From Lingula anatina (lineage: Eukaryota > Animalia > Brachiopoda), in the NCBI GenBank assembly GCA_051362555.1, contig CM120646.1, positions 6,138,001 to 6,202,000 of the forward strand: 64,000 nucleotides of DNA, given 5' to 3'. This document shows positions 36,846 to 49,900 of this stretch, in pieces (within the stretch, counting starts at the first letter, position 1; every line of letters begins with the position of its first letter). Below the pieces are notes generated by a model, which was not told where the DNA came from, made no database searches, and worked only from the letters and a program-made list of their open reading frames with translations. Position numbers and translations under genes: made by a program.

Positions 36846-39800
36846 CCGGTACTGTAGATGCACTGCTTCAGAAGGTAACCTACTACCCAACACAGATACT
36901 AAAATTTGCTGACAACTTGGTAAAGAAACTAGCATGGGCTGAAGAGACAGGTTCGCAAGATAATATAGAAAAGATCAAAATTTCACCAGCACTTTAACAT
37001 CTGTACATGAAGGGCGGCGGGATTTGGCTTCGTGATAACGTCATTATGCAATTGGCCAAACTGCACATGACGTTGCTAACCAATGGTTTATACAACACGC
37101 ATATGAGGTATTGTCGAGAAATATTACCCAGATATGCCCGGGATACATTTTGCGATTATCTATAATGATTTCATAATAAGGAAGCCATTTTTGAAAAAAA
37201 AACTCTGGACAAATGTTGCAAATTTAATGTAAAGTTTCTCATTGAGGTGACGTCACACCTACTCATTATGCTTAGTACTGAGCAGTTGCTCTCAGATCAT
37301 TCATTCACAGTCTTTGAAGATTTACCGTAATTTTTTGATTAACACGTCTACATGCATAGAAGGAATAAATATCTCTCTTATAATCATGCTTTGTGAGATC
37401 CTACCTCCAGTCATCATCTTCATAGTCCGGCATGTCGACAGATCTGGAGAACTTGGTACGTTTACTGTATATGTGCTGTGAAAACTGTCACCTGTTTTGC
37501 CCTAGTTTTGCAGGCAAGGTTAGGTGGACTAAGATAACAGGATTCTGTTTACCTTTAGTGGCAGACAGTTTCATGTGACCTATTTGTTTTGTAACCAAGG
37601 CGTGTTGTGTACCCTGAGTTTGCAGCCTATTGATAACGCTTCTCTTGTATGGTATAGCCTATATGAACCTGTATATAGTACAGGAGGCGTCTTCGCAAAA
37701 TAATTATAGATCCAAATTCTATTTTTTGCTTTAGAAACAATAATTGTCAAACCGTGGTTTTGTGGTTGCAAGCTAAACGACTTAAACCGCAATTTCATAA
37801 GGCGAACGGAAAAACACGTGTTGCGAGCATCGCCATATTATTTGCGAACGATTTGGACAACTTTCACACTGGTCTCTGGCTGTATAGTTATGAGTTCTTT
37901 TTTTAGATTTATCATGAGACTAACTGGGTCAAAGTTAACTACAATTTCGGTATAAACGTTTGTACACTATTTGAGCTGAAGCTCTTTTGATAAACGGGAT
38001 CCTGTGCATGTTCCTCCATTTCAGCTAAAATGGAACGAAATGTTGACGGAAAATATTTGTTGGGAGGGAGGAGTAGAGTTACCCCTAGCTCTCTGAAACT
38101 CGGAGTGATAGCATGCCACAATCATGGCACAGACTAAATTTGTGTAATTGTCTTTTCAGTTCAGTGTACATTGTAACAAACCATCATAGACATGCGTTCA
38201 TTTGTTGTGTTAAGTTTTAAGCATTAGTCTGCAGGGAATTGCATGCATGCATGTAGATTGAATGTAATTCCAAGTATTGTTTACAGCCTATGAATATTTG
38301 GACCAATTACTGAGGCAATAGTCATGAAGAGAATGGTATGTTGTGGATTTCATAAAGTTGCATAAGTGCTGTCTCGATCAATACCGCTGTGACAGCTTCT
38401 ACGTCGTTCACGAACAGCAGTAGATGGCGCCAGAGTGGGTAGCATTGTCCACTGGACCCTCGATTCCATAAAACCCATAATATGGGGCGAGTATGGGCGA
38501 GTTATGAAATCGAGACACTTGCGCTCGGTCGCAATGAGCGAGGCTTTCAAGTTACGGGGCCTTTGATAAAAACTGCGGGTAAAGTTATGTTTTCCAAACG
38601 CTGGATATTTTTGCTCTTCCATTGCTATCCATAGCGGAATAAACAATACTCTGCAATATGCTATTCACTAGAGGATGTTGTATGCGGCGAAGTACATGTA
38701 CATGTACACACCTTGGAAGGAATATTTGCGACAAGTAAAGGGAAATATTTAAACGTTTTTCCAAAAAGAGTGTTGTTCTTTGCACATTTTTTTTAAATTG
38801 ACAACTATAACTTTTGAGAAGGTGCGCCTGCCCTCATGTGATGTCTTGAATATCAAAATTGGTTACATTTGTTTTGCTTAACAAAATGGCGGATCTTCGC
38901 CTCCTCAGGCCAAAGTGGAAGACAAAATCATGCATTAGAAAAATAAAATAGGTGAGCCTTAGTGTTCGCATTTAAATATCATTTCAGTCTTCATTGTCAG
39001 GCTTTATTTTTACTGTAAGTATTTCTAATGCAGAATTCCTGTAGCGTTTCTCGCTGTCTTTTGTCTTTTAGTACTCCAAATAGGGCCAAACACTCGCGTA
39101 ATCCTAGTCATCCATTATTGATCGGAGGCTGTAATGTAAAACTATTGTTGTATTCAGTTTTGAGAGTAAAGTTCTATCAATCTCAATTTGCACAGAAAGA
39201 AGCCACTTCTTTCTAATTATGCACATATGCACTTCATATGTCAAATTGCATTTTGCGCTCATCATTTCACAGAGGAACTCGACCATAAAAAAGTTAACTT
39301 TTATACAAAAAATTCGGTCCACTTAAACCCAAGACGAAGCACTGGCAATTCGATATGAAACCTTGACAACAAAAAAGACATAGCTAGCTCGTTTCTAACC
39401 AATGCTATTTTTTAAGAGAATTGCTGCGAATTTAAAGTAAAAAAGAATTGGCCTGTAATTGAGGCCAAATTCGAGTCATAGATTTTTTATAAACCTTAAA
39501 TCTTTTTACGACTATTAAAATTTTCCATTGTATCATTTGAGTTTTGATGGAATCTTTAGTATTGAAAATGGTTGTTAATTCAACGGCGCCAATTTGCAAT
39601 AATTTTGTTTTATTCATTTTATATAAATTAAATACTTGATTTACAAATTACATGTTCATCGTGCAAATATTGCCAATATGACCAGTGAGTCGAATGGCAT
39701 GCAGTTAATATCTAAATCATATATTAAGAGATTTTTTATATAAGAGAAAATATACATGTGCTTGATACTATATATGTTGGGCTATTACATACACTGTATC

Positions 39801-40046
39801 TCAACTGCATATTGGTTGTTCACGCGTTAAAATGCAAGTCTATACATAAACACAGATGTGGATATGAGTTAGTTCCACAAATTTACATGTGTAAAGTGTT
39901 CCTATAAAAGATTATGAAATAAGAGAGGTTAGCCTACGAACGTTATCAAATTTTAGATACTTCACCCGAAAAAAATGTCTTTTGAAAAACAGTATATTCT
40001 CTCTACCAGTACAAAATTAACACTGGTTTTATGAAATAATATAGTA

Positions 40047-41960
40047 TTATTCTTGATGTGACGACGACGACCCAGAAGGCCTTGACAAGTTTGTGGTTCT
40101 ATTTCCGCCATTTAATCCTAAAATGGAGCAAAACGTCACTCTGAAAATCGGGTTCGCCGCTGCATAACACAAGGGGTTGAGCGCGCTGTTGAGATAACAC
40201 AACCAATAGCTGATAGCATAAATATGTCTCTCAATACAGTTGGTGCACGTGGACTTGATGACAACAAAGATACTCCATGGTAACCAACAAATCGTGAAGG
40301 TGCACATGATGAAGGTCAAAGTCCGAAGTGCTTTGTTTTCACTCTTAGAATATGTCACGGACATATAAAGTGCGTTAGACAAGAGTCGGGCTTGTCTTGG
40401 CCCACGAGAAAGCGCTGGTGGCGTGGACGGTTTTGATACATTGTCCGACCCGGTGTTCAAACCGCCATTGGATTTGAAAGTTACTCGAGCCGGGTACGTT
40501 CGCCTACCGGGAGGGTCTAGTTTCATTTTCTCTTGGATGCTGGCCCGTCGGCTTTTGTGTGCACTCTGCTCCTCAAATGCATTTGTCCCTAGGCTGACGA
40601 GCGCTCCCTCCGATTTACGCCGGAGGTAGAGGGAATCAGACCGTTCCATGGCTCGTAAGTTGTCTACGAACGCTTCTGAGGACCGTCGAAATTGTCCCCG
40701 AGACATGACGCAACTGAGGGGTGAAAGAGTATCCATTTCAACGCATGAGCTTTCTTGTAAAGCGAGCTGTTCTATTCCATAACCGTTTCGTCGGTGACCG
40801 TTCTTAATCAAAAGGTCTGGCTTTGAGGACAACTTGTAGCGAACTCCGTTTACATGATCTCTTTTCGATTCTTCCGAGGAGCGTTGGGCGTGTACGTAGT
40901 TTTTAAGAGCGATTTTTTCAATAGCAGAGTCTATTGTGCTTGAAACAGGAGCAGATGCTCTTCGAATGGCAATGCTACCATTGTATGCTCCAGTCTTATT
41001 GTAAAACCTTCCTATCCATGATGTCTTTCTCTCTGGCGTGGTACAGAGAGGGTTCCTCGTCTCTGATTGCAACAATGAATTGCACCCTTCGATATCTGCC
41101 TCATCGGAATTATCCTTAGACGAACAACTTTCTTTCGATCGCCGTTTCCCAACTTCCGCAAAGCGCACTGTAAAAGGTTTCCCATTCCCGTTGCTTTGCT
41201 TTCGATCCCCCCCTCCCCCTTGAACAGGAATAGAATTGCGCACCATGCGGTATATAAGTATATAAAATACAAACGTTATACCGAGTGGCATCCATATTGA
41301 CGCCGTGTTAGTGACCAAGGTGAATGCAAATGAGTTAATGTAGTAGGTATAACACTCGGTAGGGGCAATCTGCCTCTGTCCTTGATGGTACTGAAAGATG
41401 AACACCGCGGAGAACCACAGCACGAGGTTAAGCAACCAGACCATTCCGATCGTGGTGAGAACCTGCCGCGTGGTTCGTCGGACACGGTACGCCAGAGGTT
41501 TCTTCAGCGATAAGTAACGGTCGATGCTGATGACCAGGATCCCCGACAGAGAAATGGTGCAGAACGTGTAATCTGAAGCCAGCCAGATGTCGCAAACCTT
41601 TGGGCCGAGTTGTTCTGGCCAGTATCCCAGCACTTCGTACATGGTGAAGAGGGGGATTGAAAACAAGCCCACGCAGAGGTCAGCCACGGAGAGACACAAC
41701 AGGTAGTAGTTATTGGGTGATCTCAGTTTGCTTTCTTTGACGAAGGCTGCCATGACCAACAGGTTGCCAATGATGGTAACCACGGCAGTGATGCCAGAGA
41801 TGGCGGTAATGGCCGCTACACCTCCAGCCCCGTAAGTCAGACGTTGCGTTGGCTGTCCCAGTGCAGTGAACTGTGTGGCATTGTGAGTGTAGTTGGTTAT
41901 AACGTCGACAGAGATGGCCTCTTTGGCAACTGTTTCCACGGCATATGACGTTCCTGACAT
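40047..41960 (-). CDS. Class A biogenic-amine GPCR, muscarinic acetylcholine / histamine H3-like, 637 aa, single coding exon
   Basis: Seven TM segments with GNLLV, NNYYLLCLSVADL, CDIWLASDY, SIDRY, a long ICL3, KSENKALRTL, CWLP and YWLCYLNSALNPLCYA. Confidence 0.93.
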   Translation of the reverse strand: MSGTSYAVETVAKEAISVDVITNYTHNATQFTALGQPTQRLTYGAGGVAAITAISGITAVVTIIGNLLVMAAFVKESKLRSPNNYYLLCLSVADLCVGLFSIPLFTMYEVLGYWPEQLGPKVCDIWLASDYTFCTISLSGILVISIDRYLSLKKPLAYRVRRTTRQVLTTIGMVWLLNLVLWFSAVFIFQYHQGQRQIAPTECYTYYINSFAFTLVTNTASIWMPLGITFVFYILIYRMVRNSIPVQGGGGDRKQSNGNGKPFTVRFAEVGKRRSKESCSSKDNSDEADIEGCNSLLQSETRNPLCTTPERKTSWIGRFYNKTGAYNGSIAIRRASAPVSSTIDSAIEKIALKNYVHAQRSSEESKRDHVNGVRYKLSSKPDLLIKNGHRRNGYGIEQLALQESSCVEMDTLSPLSCVMSRGQFRRSSEAFVDNLRAMERSDSLYLRRKSEGALVSLGTNAFEEQSAHKSRRASIQEKMKLDPPGRRTYPARVTFKSNGGLNTGSDNVSKPSTPPALSRGPRQARLLSNALYMSVTYSKSENKALRTLTFIMCTFTICWLPWSIFVVIKSTCTNCIERHIYAISYWLCYLNSALNPLCYAAANPIFRVTFCSILGLNGGNRTTNLSRPSGSSSSHQE

Positions 41961-44900
41961 ATTGGGGTCTAGTCCAGATTTTCAGTTTTGTTACTTCGAA
42001 ACGAGTTTTTTTACGTTTGGCAGTACATGCTCATGAAGAGTTTCCGTTTTGCTTAGTTCTTAAAAGTTGCTGTAATTATTTATCGTGTATTAAAAGCATT
42101 ACAATCGACTTGGTAGAGCAGTCTTGGTCCGCATGCAGGGATTTCGATACCTTCCCAGTGACTGATGTTTGCTCACGTCTTCACTCCTTCAAATATATCC
42201 TTTCGCCTCTGGTGCTAATACAATAGTGTACGGTTTCTTAATCTCGCAACTAGAAAAAAAAAAAGATCAACGAAATTGGTCATGCATGGAAATAATCCCA
42301 TAAGTAAATCGTTATTTTTTTCTAATGTATATGGCATGTATATGGTATGACGAAAACCAACCGAACTTATCGTAAGAAGAACATACCTGTCTGTGCTTCA
42401 GGCGTTTTCTGTTTTCTGTTCAAGATTTAAAGATGCGTGATTAGCCTCCCGCGTCTATCGTAGAATGTAGAAGACGTCTCCATGAGCATCGATCCGTGAC
42501 TGTCTGTGATGTAACCTTGTCACAGCCTATCACATTTCGATATATCTAAGTGTCCAATGCCGAAGTGTCTCGTCCTTATTCGTCTAGAATGTGGCGGTGC
42601 CCCGAGCAATTTTTCATATACGTAGGTTTATATCATGTGTTAGTATCCATAACAAGCTTAACTTATGTTCAACCCCCGCTGACTTCCGATTCGATCATTT
42701 AGCGCAATTTCTTAATGTATTTTCCACACTTTAATATATATATATATATATAGAGAACACAGACTTGGAGGCTTGCCTATTTGTCCTCTCAGTACCTTAA
42801 TTAATTGTCGGGCTGCACCTTTTCCATGAACGCCGCGAGATTGAATGAAGTCTTAATCACGGAAGTAACATGCGATGAAGTTGAAACTCTGGTAATATTA
42901 TTGCGTCTTTCGCACCAGTAATTGGAACTGCTCACGCCTTGCAAATATCCCGCGACGTTTCATTATGATGCTAAACTGGTTTAATCTCTTATGGCGTTGA
43001 CAGTCTTTAAAGTAATGAAAGGCTTTTGTAAATCGTCTGCAAAGTAATGAAAATTGCTGATTATATTCCGAAACACGTGCTGGAAAACGCACGTTCTTGT
43101 CTTCTTTCAAGTTTTCGATGTTGATTCCCCAACTCGTCTGTTTCTTTCGTTCACAGAAACATTCAGTTCAGTGCATTTCAATCCATTTGCATAAGATCTG
43201 AAATGAATCAAATAATAGAATGCCATTAACCACTTTTAAAAGTAGTTGACAAGAGAATGGTGAGCTGCTGTTCACAAATGATTCGAATATGCTTTCTTGC
43301 ATCAAGAACCAAAAACCTATTAATGCGGTCTCCCGTAGGCGAAGTCGATTCAAATGGAATAGAAACAATTATGTCCCTCAGGTATTCCCAGACAAAACTG
43401 AACACGTATCACCAATAAATGAAATGATTTGTTGCGTATTCGAGCGTAATGCCTCCGTCTTGTTAACATTGCAATAACATAAATTCCCATTTAAGGTTGT
43501 CATTGCGAATTCAATATCTCCGGCTGTATTGAAAGTTTCTCTATCATATATACAAAGTACTTCCCATACATTATTGGTTGCCTCCAATAGTGTCAAATAC
43601 TCTTAAATCACGAAACTCCCTACAGTTTCTTCACATTACATTCTTAACATTATACCCCGATAAGACAAAAAATGCAATAATGTCAAGCATATCAGTTTTC
43701 TGTAGCATAGACCACAAGTCACGGTTCCAACGATTCAGGTATTATTAAACCGGCACCCGAACATACGCTGAGCTAGCAGTTTTAAAGTCGACTCCAACCA
43801 TCGTATTTGAATCAGCGCACTTGGCAAGAACCATACATACTGTGGTAGGGGGCGTTAACAGGTTACATGTAACAGCGTTAACAGGGTGCTAACGTAACAT
43901 GTCTTTCGCGTGTTTTTCAGATTTTAGGTATTCTGCTCTTCTTAAAATCACCAACAATGTATCTGCGTGTTTTTAAAACAGCAGTAATGGCCACCGATGA
44001 GGAGTTGAAACTAAAAAGTGACAGCAAAGCACACGTGGCCATTAAGGTGAAGAAAATAATCATACAAAAGGCGATAGGCATCCATAAATTTGAGACACAA
44101 GTCACTGACCTCGCCTTTTTCGTGCATTTCCATTTTCTTTGACAATTAAGGGACTACAAAGCTTGCTTCATAATTAACTTTGAGGTTGAGGTCAATCTCA
44201 ATAACCCTACATATCGCGTATATTAATCGCCTTAGATGTAATAAACGGCAAGGCCACGACACATACTTTAGGACGTACTTTGATGTCAATATATCATATA
44301 TTGGCATATCTGATAAAAACGTGTTTCATTGAATAGCTCAACACCTGCCTCGGATATTAGTTCCGCCCTCATTTTTAAATTAAGTACATAACACGACCAG
44401 CAACTTCAACGTGACTATGTTGTTCACATGGACATTTCACGCAAGCTTCAGAAACGAAACCCTATGGCGGTTCTCCCGGATGCTCCTTTGAAATGAAAAA
44501 CGCCACTGATTGGCTTCCTGTCCCTGATTGCTGCTTCATCTTCTCTTTGGTGTCGTGCAGAAAGGTAATCATGCGTTTATTTAAGAGATAGAGAGAGAGA
44601 GAGAGAGAATGTCATTTATCCAAACACACGTCTCTAACATCTGAATACATAATCTTCATCAGACTATCATATACGGCCAATGTAGGGCTAATTACCCCTT
44701 TTTTCTAATGCCTTCTTTCTTTTGCTTATCTAGACCATATGCTGTTCATCCAAGAAACACATGATCTCGTCTATACACTGTACACGTTAGCAACGCTACT
44801 TTCAATTAATTGCTCCAAATTTACCATTCCTTCTGATCTTTAATAAGATTGATAGGTTACTTAATTGTCGTTTGTTCATACTATACGCAATAGCCCAAGT

Positions 44901-46536
44901 AAATATGACATGCTTTTATCATCCAGGTTACTTCCTTCTACTGATACGAGTGTTATAGTTAATGCATTTTACCCTAGAATCGAATGGTTTTGATAGCAAC
45001 GATCTCCTCAAAGTTATCAAGGATTTATTTATAGCATGATAAACGGATTTCAATTGGTCTCGTACAATTGATATTTAGACATTGAAATTTACCATCAGGA
45101 ATTTGCGATAACGCTCAGATACGTTCTGAAACTTAAGATCATCCCACTGCCCCATGCACTGTATGCTTATAATAGATTATTTGTTCTAGTACATGAAGTT
45201 ACTGTAAAAGTTGTGCAATTTGGTTCTAAAGACATGGTAGAACAAACCACCGTACATCTTTATTACTAACATCTAATAGTAGGAAAAAGACATACGATAT
45301 AATGTGAATTGATTGGCAAGCGGAGGATAACCTAGCCGAAGACTAAACTTAAAAGTGCAATAAATCACTTGCTTAACGTATGTTATTGACATGGTAAATT
45401 CTTCAAAGTGACCTGAAAAATTCATTACGTGGAAATATCGCCTCTTGAAAGTGTTGACAATAAAAGAGCTATCACCCATATCAAAACGTTTTACAAACAT
45501 TAATATCAATTGATTAATGTTGCATGTAATGTGAGCTTATTCCAGCTCTACAGTGGAGAAGTTTGTATATCTGTTCAATTTTAATTATCTCTTATTTACA
45601 TTCCTTTGCTAAAGCGTATATTTAACAGTCTATAAAAGGCACACATTTTAATTCTGTTAAAATTCACCCTGGAAGGAATAGTAAATTTGGAACAATTCAT
45701 AAAACGAGGTTTGTATATCAAATAAAATACAATAAATAAATATGATAAACAACAATAAATAAGATTAATGAATGACACGGAAAGCATCGATAAAGGAATA
45801 CGGGGGTCAAGTAACGGAAATTACTTCGAGTTGTACGCTTATGTATCAGGCAGGGATGCCACGGGTCAAATTTTTATTACTGTAGGGCATTCTTCATTAC
45901 TTTATTTGCAAAATAAACTGGCTGTTGTTAATTAAATAAGGTTAGTTCTCAGTTTCCATGTCTTACGGAAATCTCTGAACTGTGGCAACCGTGTAGAATT
46001 AAATTTTGACATCCTGTCCACTGCAGTGTTCGTAACGACAAAATTAAAGAGGAACCGTACAATTTCCAAAGTAATTACAACTTTTACTCCCATGTTTGTG
46101 AACCAATTTTTAAAAAGCACTCAAATTTAATCAGAGTTTTGAATCCATCTTTAAACGGCTGCTATGTCAGTAACATTTAAGCCAGAATATTAGCAAATGG
46201 GTGGAGGGTGGGTGTGGTGTTAGCAAAAGCAAAAAAAAAAAAAAAAAAATGACGTGTTGGCCCCAACCTTGTACAGTACAGTATGAGTAAAGTATATGAA
46301 ACACATGGGTGATTATCTGTTCATGTCGTACGTTGCTTTTTGGAATTTGGAGGGCCGTTTTTGGTTTTGGGGTTTGGAGGAAAATGTCTTCATGTTCATT
46401 AATATGCATGTGCTGGAGAGGACGTCAAAACTTCTTTATAATAGTATTGGACATTTTCCCTGGTGAGATTGTACAAAGCAACACAGCCGATTTACACTGA
46501 AATGCCATAGCTGTTGATTGCATGTAAAATCATATA

Positions 46537-46963
46537 CCGGGGCGCAATGATATACTAGTAGTTAAGACGTTTTGTGGAACACAAACCCAACGTGGGATTC
46601 TGCTTTGCCAGAACGAAGAACCAGGTCACACCAGCCAAGTTGCGGCAGAAGCTGTGGACAAGTATGGCTTTGCGGTCTTTCTCTCCTACAGACCTAGTAA
46701 CAGTGACTACCACCTATTTTCGAGACTCAAAACATCTTCAGGGCTGGAGACTGGGATGATGATTAGCTGACAGCTGCTGTGGAGGAATTGTTAGGAGACC
46801 AATATGTTGAGATCTACCGGTCGGGTATCAATGAATGACAAACGACATGGAACAAGTGTGTAGTGTTGGAAGGGGACTTTGTTGAAAAATAAAGCAGACT
46901 ACGTGTAAATTCAGCTATCTTGCTCTTACTCTCTGAAGCTCAAAACGTTTTGATTTCCCATCC
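46537..46963 (+). mobile_element. Decayed, internally deleted mariner element (transposase C-terminus plus right TIR)
   Basis: Frameshifted remnant reads SP.DL..SDYHLFSRLK...AAVEELLGDQYVEIYRSGI.E*..TWNKCVVLEGDFVEK*, matching the mariner YSPDLAPSDYHLF...W.KC....G.Y.EK end. Boundaries approximate. Confidence 0.78.
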
Positions 46964-49900
46964 TATATACCTGCATGCTTATATTGTGCAGACTACAGGT
47001 TGCTGGCTATCTCTTATTTCACGATCTCAAGGCTTTGGCCTATACTACAGTACGGAAATTAATCAATTCAGCGGTTAACCTGAATCACACAAAACTCAGT
47101 CCATCATTTTATATGTTTACTCAGCAATTCCATGAGTTAAATTTTCCATTATCGCATCCAAGTGATTATGAAACCAACAGCGCGCATGCGTCATCTGTAT
47201 ACTTTCGAAGCGTCCCAGTTGGACGTGAAGTAATTTTTGTCTAAAGTGTTGATACGAAATTCTGTCAAATGAGCCACCAAAATAACACAGAATGACAATA
47301 ACACAATACATATTTTATTATGTCCCTATTCCAACATGGCAAATTAATTTTGACTGTCCCAAATTATATAATGAGACGCTATTTTGACAGCTGTGGTAGT
47401 CAAACGTGCTGTGGGAATGACTAATGTCGGACGTGTAATAGTCCTGGCGACATTTTGGGAAATTGGAAAATATTACTAAAGAGCCATGTTATTTAATTGC
47501 TCTCCAAGGGGTGGGGGGGGGGGTTTAAAACAAATTAAGTTGGTTGCCACATTAGCAATCTTTGGCAACTTTAAAATCCAAGATACACACCATTATTTCA
47601 GCCATTGCACTAGAGATTTTTCAAAAGAAATCCCTTTACTGGTTGGAATAATTTAACGTAATTTGAATCACCCAAAATGGTCGCCAACCGTCAAAATATA
47701 ACGATTATATGGATTTAAATTTGAGACGTGTCTTTAGTTTAAACCTAAAATAGAGCATAATAAGTTCAATAATTAGAGATTATTTTGTGAAAAACGTTAT
47801 TTCTCTGACTGTTGTTGGCCATTTTGAAATTATCAAATGGTACCACAACTACTCCAAAGAGTTAAATGAACCATATTTACAAGCTTCTAGTGCTCTTATC
47901 AGCTGACATAGTGGTGTGTTCCGATATAATAGGTGAAATATATGGTAATAAATACTTCTCAATGGACATAGGCGGCCACTCTGGAAAAATCGTTATACTA
48001 ATGATACTAATTCACTTCAGAGATCGAAATCCAGCTCAACGCCTACAATATGAACCGCGTTCAAAATTGTCACTAACAGGAGAGACAAGTCAATATTTTA
48101 AAGAAACGTACAGTGATAAATTATATTTTAAAAAAATTCTATCGATGTTGTATATTTCTCTTTTGAAATTGGTGGCCATCTTGTAAAACCTATAGTGGCC
48201 TCAAATGTTGTGTCCAACTTCACCTCAGCCTTGACATTTTAACGAGCAAGAACATTCTGAATTTGTATTTCACTCCATCCTACATGTACAGTTCAACATT
48301 TAATCAACATCTCATTTTCCATGTTGACTTGTCAACGTCAAATCGTGGTTCAATCTCTGTTGATCAACATCTGAACCAAATTTCAACCAAGATCTAAATT
48401 TTGATCCATGCCTCTGTGAGTCCTCTGGGATTTTGCTTCGTGTTCAGTATAATTACACCCTTACTATATAATGCCGGCATATTAGGTGAATAGAACACCT
48501 TTTCACGCAAATTGCCTATCGTGTGCATTGTTACGTGCACTTGTGTTTGCTTTCGCAAGAGAATAAGATTTCGTGGTTTTTGCAGTGCGACATTTCTAAG
48601 AAAATCTTTGTAACATTATGCGCCTATACGCGAAAGTGATTGTGTGATATATAATAGTATTTGATTCCTCTTTATATATTCGTGGCTCTGGTGTTGGTTT
48701 GTGTAACAAAAACATTTCAACAAGCCGCAATATGTGATACAGTTATTAAAATGCTATTTGGAATTAACTTTTCCTTAAAAATGTCTTAATCGTTTGCTAC
48801 TGTTATTTTATATGTGGATTGTTATTTGTAATTGTATTAATTAATTAATTAATTAATTGTATGTCAAAGGATGTTGTTATCACGTTGCTATACATCCTGA
48901 CGCCATTTATCTCTTTCCATCACACATGCACACTGTAGGTCGTGTTCATTCGTTTTCAGCAAAACGTGTTTTAGCGTTCACTTCAGGAAACCAGCTTTTT
49001 TTTTTTGTAAACTCCGTTATGATTTGATTGCAATTACCTTCTATGACTTAAAATTTTTGTGACCATTATAGTAGTACTAGGAATGGAAGTCCTGGGTTCC
49101 TTATGATGAGTACAGGTAAGGGTTAGTAAGAATATTGGGGTTAGCATATGGGACGGACTGCCATTCCTGTCACACCGCCTTAATAAACGATCATGATATT
49201 TGAGAAATGTCGATCTAAAATTGCTGCCTAGGTTTCGCTGATCTATCTTTATGAGAGAGGCTTTTGATTGCAATCACCCCTGTGGTATCTTCTGCGATCC
49301 ATCCTGCAGCTAAGTGTGTGTATGGCCTGTCTCAGGAGTATAACACAATCTGTACGTATTAATTTTTACAACTATAAAGTGAAAAGCTTGTCCATTTTTC
49401 CACAACTGAACGGCACGTGGCCTATGGGCTAAGAAAGAATTTGAGCATGTCATTATAACAGGCATTCGCGTAGTCGTTTTCTGAAAAACAAACCATTGGC
49501 ATTCCCATAGTGGATATGACAGCCGAGCCATGGGGTTTTAAAGGAGCACTATCTATTACGCCTTTTTCATTATTTGCTATTTTTTTTATATATTTCCTGA
49601 ATTGGTTGCATATAACAAGTATACATGTATATACTGTATATTCCACGCGGAGCAAAGTTCCTTCCGCGAGGTTTTGTTAAGCATGCAATATTTAGAATGC
49701 CATACAGATGCTGCATACTATATAGCAGCAAATCATTTGTGCTAGAAGCAATGTCATGTATATGTAATAATATCATGTGATTTTTTATTGAATTTCGATG
49801 GACAACTTTGAGAATAGTGAATAAATGGAACAGACGGAAATGTTCCTTCTGTGAGGGTTTTGTAAAAAAATACGGCATGCGATATGTAGAATGCCTCACA

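Noticed and set aside
35040-37440. Coding-like fragments flanking the second Ginger-like copy (for example TVDALLQKVTYYPTQILKFADNLVKKLAWAEE)
   Set aside because: Multiple stops and frameshifts and no motif I can identify. Possibly a decayed transposase; needs tblastx/HMM search.
47540-48400. Scattered GGCGGCCATCTTG-like and TCAAC-rich motifs
   Set aside because: Suggests old repeat remnants, but no termini or TSD could be established.
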